64,000 nt of DNA from Vicinamibacterales bacterium. GTDB taxonomy: Bacteria > Acidobacteriota > Vicinamibacteria > Vicinamibacterales > UBA8438. Of the stretch, positions 20,801 to 29,415 are shown piece by piece. Position numbers and translations under genes: made by a program. The stretch covers positions 5,478,164 through 5,542,163 of the forward strand of contig OZ241978.1 in NCBI GenBank assembly GCA_965204175.1, read 5' to 3'. Position 1 is the stretch's first letter, and each line of letters starts with the position of its first letter. The notes under the pieces are model-generated. The model saw only the letters and a list, made by a program, of their open reading frames with translations. It had not been told where the DNA came from and ran no database searches.

Positions 20801-21921
20801 TGGCGGCGAATGCCGGCAAGAGCTTCCAGGGCAGCATCGTCCTCGGCATGGGCTTCACGTTCGACGACACGGACCTGAAGGGGGTGGCCTCCCCGCTGCC
20901 GGAGATGCGCCGGCTCATCGATCAGAACCCGCGGATCCAGGAGGTCATCTTCCCCTACATCGGCGGGCAGGAGATCAACACGAGCCCGACGCATGCGCAT
21001 CACCGGTACGTCATCAACTTCCGGGACTGGCCGTTGCGGCGGGAAGATCTGGGCGAGCCGTGGATGGGAGCGGACGACGACCGGCGCCGCGCATGGCTGC
21101 GAAGCGGGATCGTGCCGCTGGACTATCCGGGACCGGCGGCGGCAGACTGGCCGGAACTGCTGGAGATCGTGGAAGAGCGGGTAAGGGGCACACGTGCGAG
21201 TCACTCGACCGCGCCGTGGTGGCAGTTCGAGCGCCTGCGCCCGGAGCTCTACGCCGCCATCGCCGGACTGGATCGAGTGCTGGTCAACTCACAGGTGAGC
21301 GCACACGTTCAGTTCGCGTTTCTGCGCTCGGATCGAGCGTACGCCCATACCGCGAACGTCTATCGTCTCAGCACCTACGCAGCCCTCTGCGTCCTTCAAT
21401 CGCGCCCGCACGAGATATGGGCCCGCTTTTTCGGATCGTCGCTGGAAGATCGGCTCCGCTACACGCCCTCCGACTGCTTCGAGACCTTCCCGTTCCCCAG
21501 GAACCGGGGAACCGATCCGGCCCTTGAGGACGCCGGGCAGGCGTACTACGAGTTCCGCGCCAGCCTCATGGTCCGCACTGGCGAGGGGCTGACGAAGACC
21601 TACAACCGCTTCCACGATCCCTACGAGAACGACTCGGAGATCGCAAGGCTCCGCGAACTCCACGCCGTCATGGACCGGGCTGTTCTTGCCGCGTACGGGT
21701 GGGCCGATCTCCCGATCTACTGCGAATTCCTTCTCGACTACGAGACCGGTGCGGAAGAGACCGGAAGTAGCAGGAAGAAGCCGTACCGTTGCCGTTGGCC
21801 GGACGAGATTTCCGAAGAGATCTTGGCGCGGCTGCTGGAACTGAACGTTCAGCGGGCTGCCGAGGAAGTCTACGATGCTCTTGGCGACCACGCCACAGCC
21901 AGCAATCGTTGGCCGGCATAG
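17881..21921 (+). CDS. drmMI: DISARM DrmMI, large N6-adenine DNA methyltransferase (Eco57I-like)
   Basis: 1346 aa. SAM motif VCDPAMGSGAFL and catalytic motif IVGNPPFAG. Confidence 0.85.
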   Translation: MSKRDPHVDAHLEWIGFVRPTGLVVSAPALVRAGAILRHDPEGQRLLRACADDRRFHPDREPEAWLPDFRAFASSVLGWNFSPKGYAGTGDSPIPPELETPLHEGGEVLRPDFAVRERDPGTDASPWQLLVRVLDPGEDLDRVTGGADRLEVSAHGRMERLLRQTGVPAGLLCNGRSLRLVSAPRGESSGWLDLHVTDMVTTAGRPIVGALRLLLSETRLLGLPRDERLAALFADSRRFQNEVSERLAEQVLHALYELLRGIQAADDAAHGRLLRDALAERPDDVYHALLTVILRLVFLLYAEERDLLPDGETFARHYSLAGLYERLREDAALHPDTMNQRYGAWAQLLVLFRLFHDGAETDGLRLPPRHGELFDPDRFPFLEGRVVGGERRLDERIEPPLVPDGTVYRALDKLLVLDGERISYRALDVEQIGSVYETMMGFRIETATGRSVAIKAQKKQGAPTTADLEALLREPAGKRAQWLRDRTDRALTDTVRRPVAAASTVADLHAALQPVIDAAATPDIVPGGALVLQPSEARRRSGSHYTPRELTEPIVRTALEPILARLRGPGGEPPNPAAILDLKVCDPAMGSGAFLVEACRQLGDALLDAWRFHAAAPPMQAGEDEVIVARRLVAQRCLYGVDRNPMAVDLAKVSLWLATLAKEHPLTFVDHALRRGDSLVGLSQGQIEAFHWDTGAEPLQQGIETIELRKCMARVAELRRRIRDAGHTVSDGDLRNWWSEARVELARVRLSGDLLIAAFFNGRKPKERETKRIEYAGAIFEGEVERYRGWIDQRRGEEPPLAPFHWEIEFPEVFDRGSSAGRKGSGPAPGFDAIVGNPPFAGKNSVAAGNVAVYPDWLKQAHAESHGNADLVAHFFRRAFDLVRDRGVFGLIATNTIAQGDTRASGLRWICKHGGEIFSVRRRVKWPGLAAVVVSVLHVGKGAVADHKQIDGRNVERITAFLFHRGGHDDPVRLAANAGKSFQGSIVLGMGFTFDDTDLKGVASPLPEMRRLIDQNPRIQEVIFPYIGGQEINTSPTHAHHRYVINFRDWPLRREDLGEPWMGADDDRRRAWLRSGIVPLDYPGPAAADWPELLEIVEERVRGTRASHSTAPWWQFERLRPELYAAIAGLDRVLVNSQVSAHVQFAFLRSDRAYAHTANVYRLSTYAALCVLQSRPHEIWARFFGSSLEDRLRYTPSDCFETFPFPRNRGTDPALEDAGQAYYEFRASLMVRTGEGLTKTYNRFHDPYENDSEIARLRELHAVMDRAVLAAYGWADLPIYCEFLLDYETGAEETGSSRKKPYRCRWPDEISEEILARLLELNVQRAAEEVYDALGDHATASNRWPA

Positions 21922-22119
21922 CGTCCTTTTCGCCGCCTCGGGCACCGCGCTTGACAGACCCGCCCGCCCGGCGTCCGTCGATCAACGCGACCAACGGTAC
22001 GGTTGCCGGACAAGCGCTTCGGGACGCCTGCGACGATGATAAGCTGCGCCCGTGAGGGCGGCGCGCCGACGCGAGGGCATCGAGCCGGCGTGGCGGCGCG
22101 GGGCCACAGCAGAGGAATC

Positions 22120-22362
22120 ATGCGCACCACACTCGACATCGACGACGATGTTCTGACCGCCGCGAAGACGCTCGCAACGCGAGAAAGCAAGCCCACCGGA
22201 CAGTTCGTCTCCGAGTTGCTGCGCGAGGCGTTGCGCACCAGAACGCGCGCGCCAGCGGCCGGACAGTCGCGCGACAGGTACGGCTTCAGGCCGATTCCGG
22301 CCGGAGGGTTGCTGGTGACCAACGACATTGTCAATGAAATTCGCGACGGTCTGGGTGTCTGA
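22120..22362 (+). CDS. vapB: VapB-type type II antitoxin
   Basis: MRTTLDIDDDVLTAAKTLA is the typical N terminus of this antitoxin family. AGAGGA lies 5 nt upstream of ATG 22120. A PIN gene follows 4 nt later. Confidence 0.7.
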   Translation: MRTTLDIDDDVLTAAKTLATRESKPTGQFVSELLREALRTRTRAPAAGQSRDRYGFRPIPAGGLLVTNDIVNEIRDGLGV

Positions 22363-22365
22363 CCG

Positions 22366-22794
22366 TTGAGGGCGTTGCTGGACGTCAACGTACTGGTCGC
22401 GCTGCTCGACGAAAACCACACGCACAATGCGGCGGCCGAGACGTGGCTCGCCGGCAATATCCACCACGGCTGGGCATCCTGCCCACTGACGTAGAACGGG
22501 TGCGTCCGCATTCTGTCGCAGCCCGCGTATCCGAACACGTTGACCGTCGCCGACGCCGTGATGCGGTTGCGTGCGGCGATTTCTACTCCGCACCATCTGT
22601 TCGTTCCGGATAGCGTCAGCCTTCTGGATGACCCGGTCGTGGACTGCCAGCGCCTCTTGCGTCCCCGGCAATTGACGGACGTCTATCTTCTGGCCCTGGC
22701 GGTTGAACAGGGATGTCGCTTGGTGACCTTCGACACGTCCATTTCCATCGCGGCGGTACGCCAAGCGGATGCGCAGTCGCTGGTCGTCGTCTGA
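22366..22794 (+). pseudogene. vapC: VapC (PIN domain) toxin with an in-frame TAG at 22492-22494
   Basis: The frame from TTG 22366 reads LRALLDVNVLVALLDENH..ASCPLT-TAG-NGCVRIL..QLTDVYLLALAVEQGCRLVTFD. The stop replaces the conserved Glu of the PLTENG motif. Confidence 0.7.
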
Positions 22795-22952
22795 ACCTCG
22801 GTGGGCACCCCAAAACTGCAGTGTGTGCCTCAATGGGCGGGTCAAAACCGGCCATTTGTGGGCACCTCAAAACCGGCCATTTCCGGCGGCCCGAGACTGG
22901 AGTTGAGATCTACTTCACGGCGTCCTCTGTTGGCAACGTGTTTGCCGGCGCG

Positions 22953-23243
22953 CTAGCCGTCACGCCCGAAGCCTCTGGGCATCTCGACAGCCTCCAGTAC
23001 CGACAGATCCAGCTCGCAGACCTGCTCGAGCAACGCCGCGGTCGCGGACCCGGCCAGCGATTCCGGCAACGCGTCGCGCCACTCCCGGTACTGTTCCTGC
23101 AGCTCCAGGAGCGTCTGCACGGCGTCGTTCCACTGCTGTGGCCGCGATCTGCGGTCCGCTGGCCGACGGTACCGGATCCGGGATTCGCCGGCCTTGCGCC
23201 GCTCCCGGTAACGTGCCTGCCGCTCCGCGTTGGTCAACGCCAC
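22953..23243 (-). CDS. 96-aa hypothetical protein, passenger of IS21 element no. 1
   Basis: GTG start. 91/96 aa identical to the ORF at 50091-50381. Preceded at 15 nt by the perfect palindrome CCGTTACGTAACGG (23258-23271). Confidence 0.6.
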   Translation of the reverse strand: MALTNAERQARYRERRKAGESRIRYRRPADRRSRPQQWNDAVQTLLELQEQYREWRDALPESLAGSATAALLEQVCELDLSVLEAVEMPRGFGRDG

Positions 23244-23768
23244 ACGGCCATGTTACACCGTTACGTAACGGAGCGAGGGGGAAGCGGTCGGCCGCGCGAT
23301 CGAGGCGCAAGCGTGGCGACAGACCCACCGCTGGGCGAGCCGGACGTCGGTGTTGGTCATGCCCGGCCGGGGTACCCTCGCGAGACGCAACGGCCGGGCC
23401 GGGCCGGACGGTGTGGTCGACGACGAACCGGAAAGGACGTTGCGTCGAGCGACCACTCGAGTGCCGCGGAAGGCTCGTCTGGCGCACGCGGCGGCCGTGG
23501 GGCCGATCGGTTTCGGTTGCTGCGCCAGGCGAGCCTGGAGGCGGCGCTATCGCGCGCGCGGACCCCGTCCGGATGGGGCGTTGACGCTCGGCCGCGCGCG
23601 AATCCTCCGCTCGGCTGTGCAACGCCGGGGTAGGTGGCGAAACGCTGCGGACGCCTTCGGCCGCCAGCGCAACGCCGGCTACCGGAGCACGGGTGGAGGA
23701 AACGTGCCCACGGGGTTCGGCCTGCCGCCCGGTGCGAAAGCGCCGGATGGGCCACCGACTCCCCACCG

Positions 23769-24530
23769 TTACGCGCCTCCCGTCGACTCTACCGAGGTGG
23801 TCCGCACTCGGGTGCGCCAGCTGCGCGGCCCGCACTTGAGCACGTGCGCGTGATGCAGGAGCCGGTCGAGCAGTGCGGTGACCGCGGCGGTGTCGCCGAG
23901 CAGCTTCCCCCACTCGTCGACCGGGCGGTTGGAGGTGAGCATCGTCGAGGCCCGCTCGTAGCGGCGCATGATCAGCTCGAGCAGGTCCTCGGCGGCGGTG
24001 TGGGGCAGCTTGCGCATGCCGAGGTCGTCGATGATGAGCAGGTGCGCGCGGGCCAGCTCGGCGAGGTAGTCCTTGCGGGTCTCGGCGAGCGTCGCCTCGG
24101 CGAGTTCTTCGAGGAAGGCGTGCGTTTCGCGGTAGAGGACGCGGTAGCCCTGCTGGATCGCGGCGCGTCCGATGGCCTGGGCAAGGTGACTCTTCCCGGT
24201 ACCGGGTTGGCCGATCAGGAGAACGTCCTCGCGCCGGGCGACGAAGCGTGCGGTGGCGAGCTCGAAGACGAGTGCACGGTTGATCTTCTTGTTGAACGCG
24301 AAGTCGAAGGCGTCGAGCGAGCGGTCGGGGTCCCGGAATCGGGCCTGCTTGTGCCGCCGGGCGAGCAGGCGGTCCTCGCGGCGCTGGAGCTCGTCGGAGA
24401 CGAGCGCGGCGAGCAGGTCGATCGGTGCCATCTGCTCGGTCTGGGCCTGCAGCAGGCGGGTTTCGAGGACATCGGCCATTCCGGAGAGGCGCAGCTTGCG
24501 CAGCGCCTGGTCGAGTTCGACGAGCTTCAT
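23769..24530 (-). CDS. istB: IS21-family helper ATPase IstB
   Basis: Walker A GQPGTGKSHLA, Walker B LLIIDDLG. The start overlaps the istA stop. Confidence 0.9.
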   Translation of the reverse strand: MKLVELDQALRKLRLSGMADVLETRLLQAQTEQMAPIDLLAALVSDELQRREDRLLARRHKQARFRDPDRSLDAFDFAFNKKINRALVFELATARFVARREDVLLIGQPGTGKSHLAQAIGRAAIQQGYRVLYRETHAFLEELAEATLAETRKDYLAELARAHLLIIDDLGMRKLPHTAAEDLLELIMRRYERASTMLTSNRPVDEWGKLLGDTAAVTALLDRLLHHAHVLKCGPRSWRTRVRTTSVESTGGA

Positions 24531-26116
24531 GAGGGGTCTCCTGTTCTGCGGTCGATCAGATCGCGGTAGACGGTCAGTTCGCGGATGAGCGGGTCGACCT
24601 GGCGCAACGACAGCGGCGGCGCGACGGGGTGGCGGTCGAGGTAGCGCTTCAGGAAGCGGTAGGTGGGCACGCCGAGTTCGAGCGCGGCGGTGGCGGCGTG
24701 TTCGACGACGGCGGGACCGTGCTTCCTGGCGAGGGAGAGGACGCCGAGGATGCGGCGGACGCCGGCGGCGCCCTCATGGCGGTGGATGTGGTCGCATACG
24801 GTGGAGATGGCGGGGCCGGCGCGCTTGGCGGCCGCGAGCAGGGCGAGGGTCTTCGGCGGGGTGCGGGCGGGCCGGTCGTCGTCGGCGATGCGATGCCAGC
24901 CGCGCTGCGTACGCAGGTGCTCGCGCAGCAGTTGGCCGGTGCTCGGGTCGAGGAGGCGGACGTGGATGTCGTCCCATTGCACGTCGACGCGGCGGCCGAC
25001 CCAGCCGGGCGGCGCCGAGTAGTAGGCCGAGGCGACCTCGACGCAACCGTCCAGATGCACACTGCGGCGGCCGTACTGGTAGTAGCGGAACGGCTCGATG
25101 GGCAGCGGTCCGAGCGCCGGACGCTCCTCGGCAAACATGGCGGCGACCTGGCGCTTGGTCGTGCCGTGGATGCGGGTGTCGGCCCAGCGCTGCTCCCAGC
25201 GGTCCAGATACGTCTGGCCGTCGTCGAGGTGCTCGAAGCGGAGGCCGCGCAGCGGCGTTTTCTGGGCGTGGCCGACGCTGGCTTCGACCTTGCCTTTTCG
25301 ATCGGGGTCGCGGACGCGGCACGGCAGCGCGACGACGCCGTAGTGGGCGAGCACGTCACGGTAGAGCGGATTCAGCGTCGGGTCGTAGATGTCCGGGGTG
25401 AGGACGCCCTCCTTGAGGTTGTCGAGGATGACGACGCGTACGGTGCCGCCCAGCCGGCGGAACGCCCGCTCGTGCAGCTCGGCCCAGACCTGGGCGCTGG
25501 AGCGGTGAACCAGCAGCCGGACGGCCTTGCGCGAGTAGCCCAGGGTGAGGACGAAGAGTCGTGTCCGCCGGTACTTGCCGGTGTCGGGGTCACGGACCAT
25601 CGGCCCCTCGCCATAGTCGACTTGTGCTTCTTCTCCCGGATCGGTGGTGATCACCGCCCGAGCCTCGACGGCGGGTTGCTGCCGGACGGTCGAGACGAAG
25701 CGCCGCACGCTCGTATAGCTCGCCGGGAAACCGTGGTCATCGACCAGGTCCTGCCAGATGGCCATGGCGTTGCGTCCGCGGCCGAGCGCGTCGACGATCA
25801 GCTCGCGGTAGGGCTCGCACGCGCTCGCCTGTGGTGCTCGACTGGGCCGTTGCGCGGGGACGGGTGCGGCGGCGGTACCCTTGCCGGCCTCGGTGGCCGG
25901 CGCAGAGTCGGTGGGCGCCTCCGGCGAAATGGCCGGATTTGCTGGTCGAGCGGGAGGGCGGCCACGGCCGCGCACCGTCAGACCGGCCGCCTTCAGGTAG
26001 TTGCTGGCGGTCTCGCGCCGGACCCCGGTGGCCTCTTCGATCCGCCGCAGCGACCAGCCGAGGCGTCCCAGCGCGAGGATCTGTTGTCGTTTCTCTTTGC
26101 TCAAGACGTTGCTCAT
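24527..26116 (-). CDS. istA: IS21-family transposase IstA
   Basis: 529 aa. N-terminal HTH (ILALGRLGWSLRRIEEATGVRRETASNYL) and a DDE core (QVDYGE..TRLFVLTLGYSR..VVILDNLKEGV). Confidence 0.9.
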   Translation of the reverse strand: MSNVLSKEKRQQILALGRLGWSLRRIEEATGVRRETASNYLKAAGLTVRGRGRPPARPANPAISPEAPTDSAPATEAGKGTAAAPVPAQRPSRAPQASACEPYRELIVDALGRGRNAMAIWQDLVDDHGFPASYTSVRRFVSTVRQQPAVEARAVITTDPGEEAQVDYGEGPMVRDPDTGKYRRTRLFVLTLGYSRKAVRLLVHRSSAQVWAELHERAFRRLGGTVRVVILDNLKEGVLTPDIYDPTLNPLYRDVLAHYGVVALPCRVRDPDRKGKVEASVGHAQKTPLRGLRFEHLDDGQTYLDRWEQRWADTRIHGTTKRQVAAMFAEERPALGPLPIEPFRYYQYGRRSVHLDGCVEVASAYYSAPPGWVGRRVDVQWDDIHVRLLDPSTGQLLREHLRTQRGWHRIADDDRPARTPPKTLALLAAAKRAGPAISTVCDHIHRHEGAAGVRRILGVLSLARKHGPAVVEHAATAALELGVPTYRFLKRYLDRHPVAPPLSLRQVDPLIRELTVYRDLIDRRTGDPS

Positions 26117-26630
26117 GCCGGGGCAGGAACGTCGAGTTCCCGACCCGCGTCAACGTCTCGGGCCGCTATCGGAAATGGCCGGTTTTCAGCCGCCCACTAA
26201 TGGCCGGATTTGGGCGCCCACCGAGGGTGTGTGACCAGTTCGTCATACGACGCGGTTTGACCTGTCTACCGAAGGGCTGGCTACCGGGGCACAATTGGTA
26301 GCTCTCCCGGGCAGCCTGCCCGACTTCACGCGATCAAACCGCGCAAGGTCATTTCTGAGGGTACAGGGTGACGGACCGGCCCCCGGCGTCGTCTGGGCTG
26401 GTTGTTGCCGGAAGCGAGCTTCCGGCCTGACCAAGGCCGGACCCTGACTCCCGGCGCGGCCGCGCCGTCGACACCGGCGCCGACCCCATGCCGTCGAACC
26501 GCGCCGGCCGAGGAGTTGGTGGGGGCACCCCGGAAGCAGGGACAGCCAGCGGACAGCCGCCGCACGTCAGCGTCCGGTGGGACATGCTGCGCGGTCCCGG
26601 ACCGGCGCCTCGTGCTCAGAGTCGCGCGAT

Positions 26631-26680
26631 GTGAGGTGGTCCCGCCTATGCGGAGCTCTGCATAGGCGGGACCACCTCAC
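26631..26680. repeat. 50-bp palindrome (21-bp perfect arms)
   Basis: GTGAGGTGGTCCCGCCTATGC-ggagctct-GCATAGGCGGGACCACCTCAC. The stop codon of the truncated helicase ORF lies inside the right arm. Confidence 0.85.
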
Positions 26681-27156
26681 TCCTCAGACTTGACCAGCCC
26701 GGCGGTCTTGTCGCTGCACACCGCGATGGTGATCGTGTCCCGGCTCGCAGCCCGCAAGCCCTGCAGGTACGCGAGCTGAATTTGGCCGATGAGCGCGATG
26801 CTGGGGACGAGCACGACGGCGAGGTCGCCATCGGAACACAGTTCCTCCACGATCCGCATGGACACGCGCGTCTTCCCGGTACCGCAGGGCAGGATCAGCT
26901 TCGTTCGGCCGCCATCCTCTGGCAGGTACGGGACGGCCGAACCGTCCTGTCTCCATTGCGCCAGCAGCCCCGCTGGCGGATTCCGCAAGCTCCTGATGCA
27001 CTCGGCAACGGCCTCGTCCTGCATGGCGGTCCGCGGATTCTCGGATTCTCGAACTGATCCGTCGGGCTCGACGAGCGTGTGAGGCAGTGCCGCGAGCGCG
27101 TCCTTCCAGAGGACGTGGTAGTGCGTCAGTCTGACTTTCAGTCGCAGCCGATGCAC
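26677..27156 (-). pseudogene. N-terminal fragment (159 aa) of a ResIII/DEAD-like SF2 helicase, truncated after motif Ia
   Basis: LILPCGTGKTRVSMRIVEE (Walker A) and AVVLVPSIALIGQ are present. Motif II and everything beyond are absent, and the ORF ends in the palindrome at 26631-26680. Confidence 0.65.
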
Positions 27157-28046
27157 GCTACCCGTTCAAGTTGAGCCCTGCACGGCCCAGCTATCACCCT
27201 GGACCGTGCGGCCGTTACGCTGTTCACTGTGTCCACCAAGGCGTCGTCCAGCCACTCGAACTGAAACCATCGGCCGCTCCGTTCTGGCGGCCTTCGTCTC
27301 CAGAGCAGACAGACATCCCGCGCTATCGGGATGACGGGCAGTCGGTCGCTCCGGCCATCGGTCTCCACGAGGTTCGCGAGTTCGTCTCCGACGACGAACC
27401 CGTGCCCCAGCGCAACCCCAACGGTCAGTTCGCGTTCTCCCCACAGCTCATCGACTGCGCCCTGATCAAGTGTCACCCGCCACAGATTGAACAGCATCTT
27501 CGCCTTCACCGTCTTCGATGCGCTGGCCAACTCTTCGAGGTCAGGGTTGTGCGGGTTTCGCTTCCTCTGACTGCACCAGAGCGCCACTGCATCCAGCTCC
27601 CACTGGTTGGCTTCGTCGAGCGTCAGATCGATCTCGTCCGGCGTTCTCTGTGCCTTGGTCAACTGGATGCGTCTGAGACGCATCACCTCAACGATCCGCT
27701 TCACGGTCGTCGACACCCTCGAGTCGATGTACGCGAAAACGCCTTCGACGTCCGACCTCAGCTTTCCGTCTTCGTCGACAACAGTGTTCGCACCCTTCTC
27801 GCAGAACAGATTGTGCGGTGCGGTCTGGAACGCCTGCTTGGTCTCTTGATTGATCGCGTGTAGCTGTTCTGCTTCTGTGAACAGGCGTTGGAGGTAAATC
27901 GGCACGGTGTGATGGCGGCGGCATTGGCGTCTCCGTTCCATCTGTTCCGGGCTCACGGTGGCGCCGTGCCGGAACGCCGCCCGTATCTCCTCCGGCCAAC
28001 CGATTGGCTCGTCGTAACCGAGATCCGAAGGATCTTTCATCGGCAT
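27138..28046 (-). CDS. DUF4238-like protein (track ORF extends to 28097; ATG 28046 preferred)
   Basis: RRHHTVPIYLQRLF resembles the DUF4238 N-terminal signature. The 3' end overlaps the start of the helicase fragment by 19 nt, which suggests an operon. Confidence 0.55.
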   Translation of the reverse strand: MPMKDPSDLGYDEPIGWPEEIRAAFRHGATVSPEQMERRRQCRRHHTVPIYLQRLFTEAEQLHAINQETKQAFQTAPHNLFCEKGANTVVDEDGKLRSDVEGVFAYIDSRVSTTVKRIVEVMRLRRIQLTKAQRTPDEIDLTLDEANQWELDAVALWCSQRKRNPHNPDLEELASASKTVKAKMLFNLWRVTLDQGAVDELWGERELTVGVALGHGFVVGDELANLVETDGRSDRLPVIPIARDVCLLWRRRPPERSGRWFQFEWLDDALVDTVNSVTAARSRVIAGPCRAQLERVACIGCD

Positions 28047-28857
28047 GTCGTCCTGTGCCCGCACCGCAGTTGCGTACCCACAGCCAGTGTACACCACTGG
28101 TTGCGGTCCGGGCGATCAGGCACAAGCCGCGTGCCTGCGCTACTCGTTTCCCAGCAGCGAAGCCAGCGTCGACGCCAGGCAACGGTACGGCTCGCGGCCA
28201 GGCGCACCGACCGTCGGCGGCCGGAAACCTCGACGCACTGTCCCCCTCAGACCGCCGCAAGTTCCGTCTGTCCACACTGCAGCGCCCATAGAACCCACCG
28301 TCAGGGTGGCGGTTCAGTCCAATCCATTTTTCGCTCACCGGCGCGGTGACAGGTCTTGCCTCTGCCGGACGGTCACCGCCGCGCCGCCAACCGAAAAATG
28401 CTCTGCAGTCAGTATGACCAGCGTCGCGTTATGACAAGTGACCGTCAGGCGAGCGCGGTTGCCCTTGGCGTGGCGGGCATTGGCGCTACCGCGAGCTTGA
28501 CATAGTACGCATGGTCTCTCGGGTTCCCAGTGTCAGGGGGCCGCGGCAGTGATCATCGCGGTTCCCTCCAGGGCGGCGAGCTGCTCGACGAGCCACGTCG
28601 ACGAAGTCGTCGACCCAGTGACCCAACGGCCCGGACCGGATCTGGTCGCCGCGACGCGCTGCTGGTCCAGGAGGAAGTCCCGGACGAGGGAAGCGACGCC
28701 CACGACTGGGCGGGCCAGAAGATCATCCGGTCGATAGAGCACGGCGTGGTCGAGTTCCTGCTGACGGAATCGCCCGACGACCGGCCGAGGCTGAAGCTGC
28801 TCGAAGCGCTGCAGGCATTGAAGTCTGCCGCGGCGCCGCTACTGGCCGGACCTAGCC

Positions 28858-29415
28858 GTGGCGCGGATGCAGCAGACGCTGCGAAGCGGCCTGCTCGATG
28901 GGGCAAGCGACCTGTCGAGTGCCCGCCACTACTTCCCCGACGACGTCGAGGGCTGGCTGAAGCTAACCGGATACCACGGAGAGGCCGCGGACAAGGCGTA
29001 CGAGCTGTGCGAAACAGCGATCGGCACGCTGCTCGACGCGGCAGCGGCCGACACGAACGAGACCAGCCGGAACATCCTGCTCGGCCAGGTCGAGAACCTG
29101 CTGCACGCCAGCGGGTGGGAGCTGCTGCTGGTCGCGCGGCTGGAAGAAGAAAGAGGACACACCGCCGAAGCGCGGGAAGCGTACGAACAGGCCGGTACGG
29201 CGGCAGACGTCAGGCGGATCCTGCGCAAGCAGGCCGAGTGGGAGGAAGCGGCAGCGCTGGACGGTGACAACGCGGACCTCGCGTGGCTGCTCGAGGTCGA
29301 CAGACTCGCGGCAGCCAGACCAGCCGGACTCGGTGCGCGGCTGTACGAGCAGGAACACCGCCGGCTGGCCGAAGCGCTGGCGAAGATGCGCGACGACGAT
29401 AGAGCCGAAGCGTAG
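28858..29415 (+). CDS. hypothetical helical protein, possibly the 3' part of a frameshifted longer gene beginning near 28690
   Basis: 185-aa ORF of ordinary composition. Another frame upstream (..WAGQKIIRSIEHGVVEFLLTESPDDRPRLKLLEALQALK) also looks coding and abuts it. Confidence 0.35.
   Translation: MARMQQTLRSGLLDGASDLSSARHYFPDDVEGWLKLTGYHGEAADKAYELCETAIGTLLDAAAADTNETSRNILLGQVENLLHASGWELLLVARLEEERGHTAEAREAYEQAGTAADVRRILRKQAEWEEAAALDGDNADLAWLLEVDRLAAARPAGLGARLYEQEHRRLAEALAKMRDDDRAEA

Larger units (their letters stand above)
22796..26226 (-). mobile_element. IS21-family element no. 1 (about 3.4 kb) carrying istA, istB and a 96-aa passenger ORF
   Basis: Terminal inverted repeats (IRs): CCTCGGTGGGCACCCCAAAAC (22796-) versus the reverse complement of the right end, CCTCGGTGGGCGCCCAAATCC (-26226). 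Repeated subterminal boxes CAAAACCGGCCATTT at 22843 and 22868, with the inverted copy at 26173. No flanking direct repeat seen. Confidence 0.75.

Noticed and set aside
28530-28860. Several overlapping ORFs in three frames upstream of 28858-29415, considered as a helicase/nuclease C-terminal region.
   Set aside because: No motif could be pinned down. It is probably a frameshifted remnant, and is mentioned only in the low-confidence feature at 28858.
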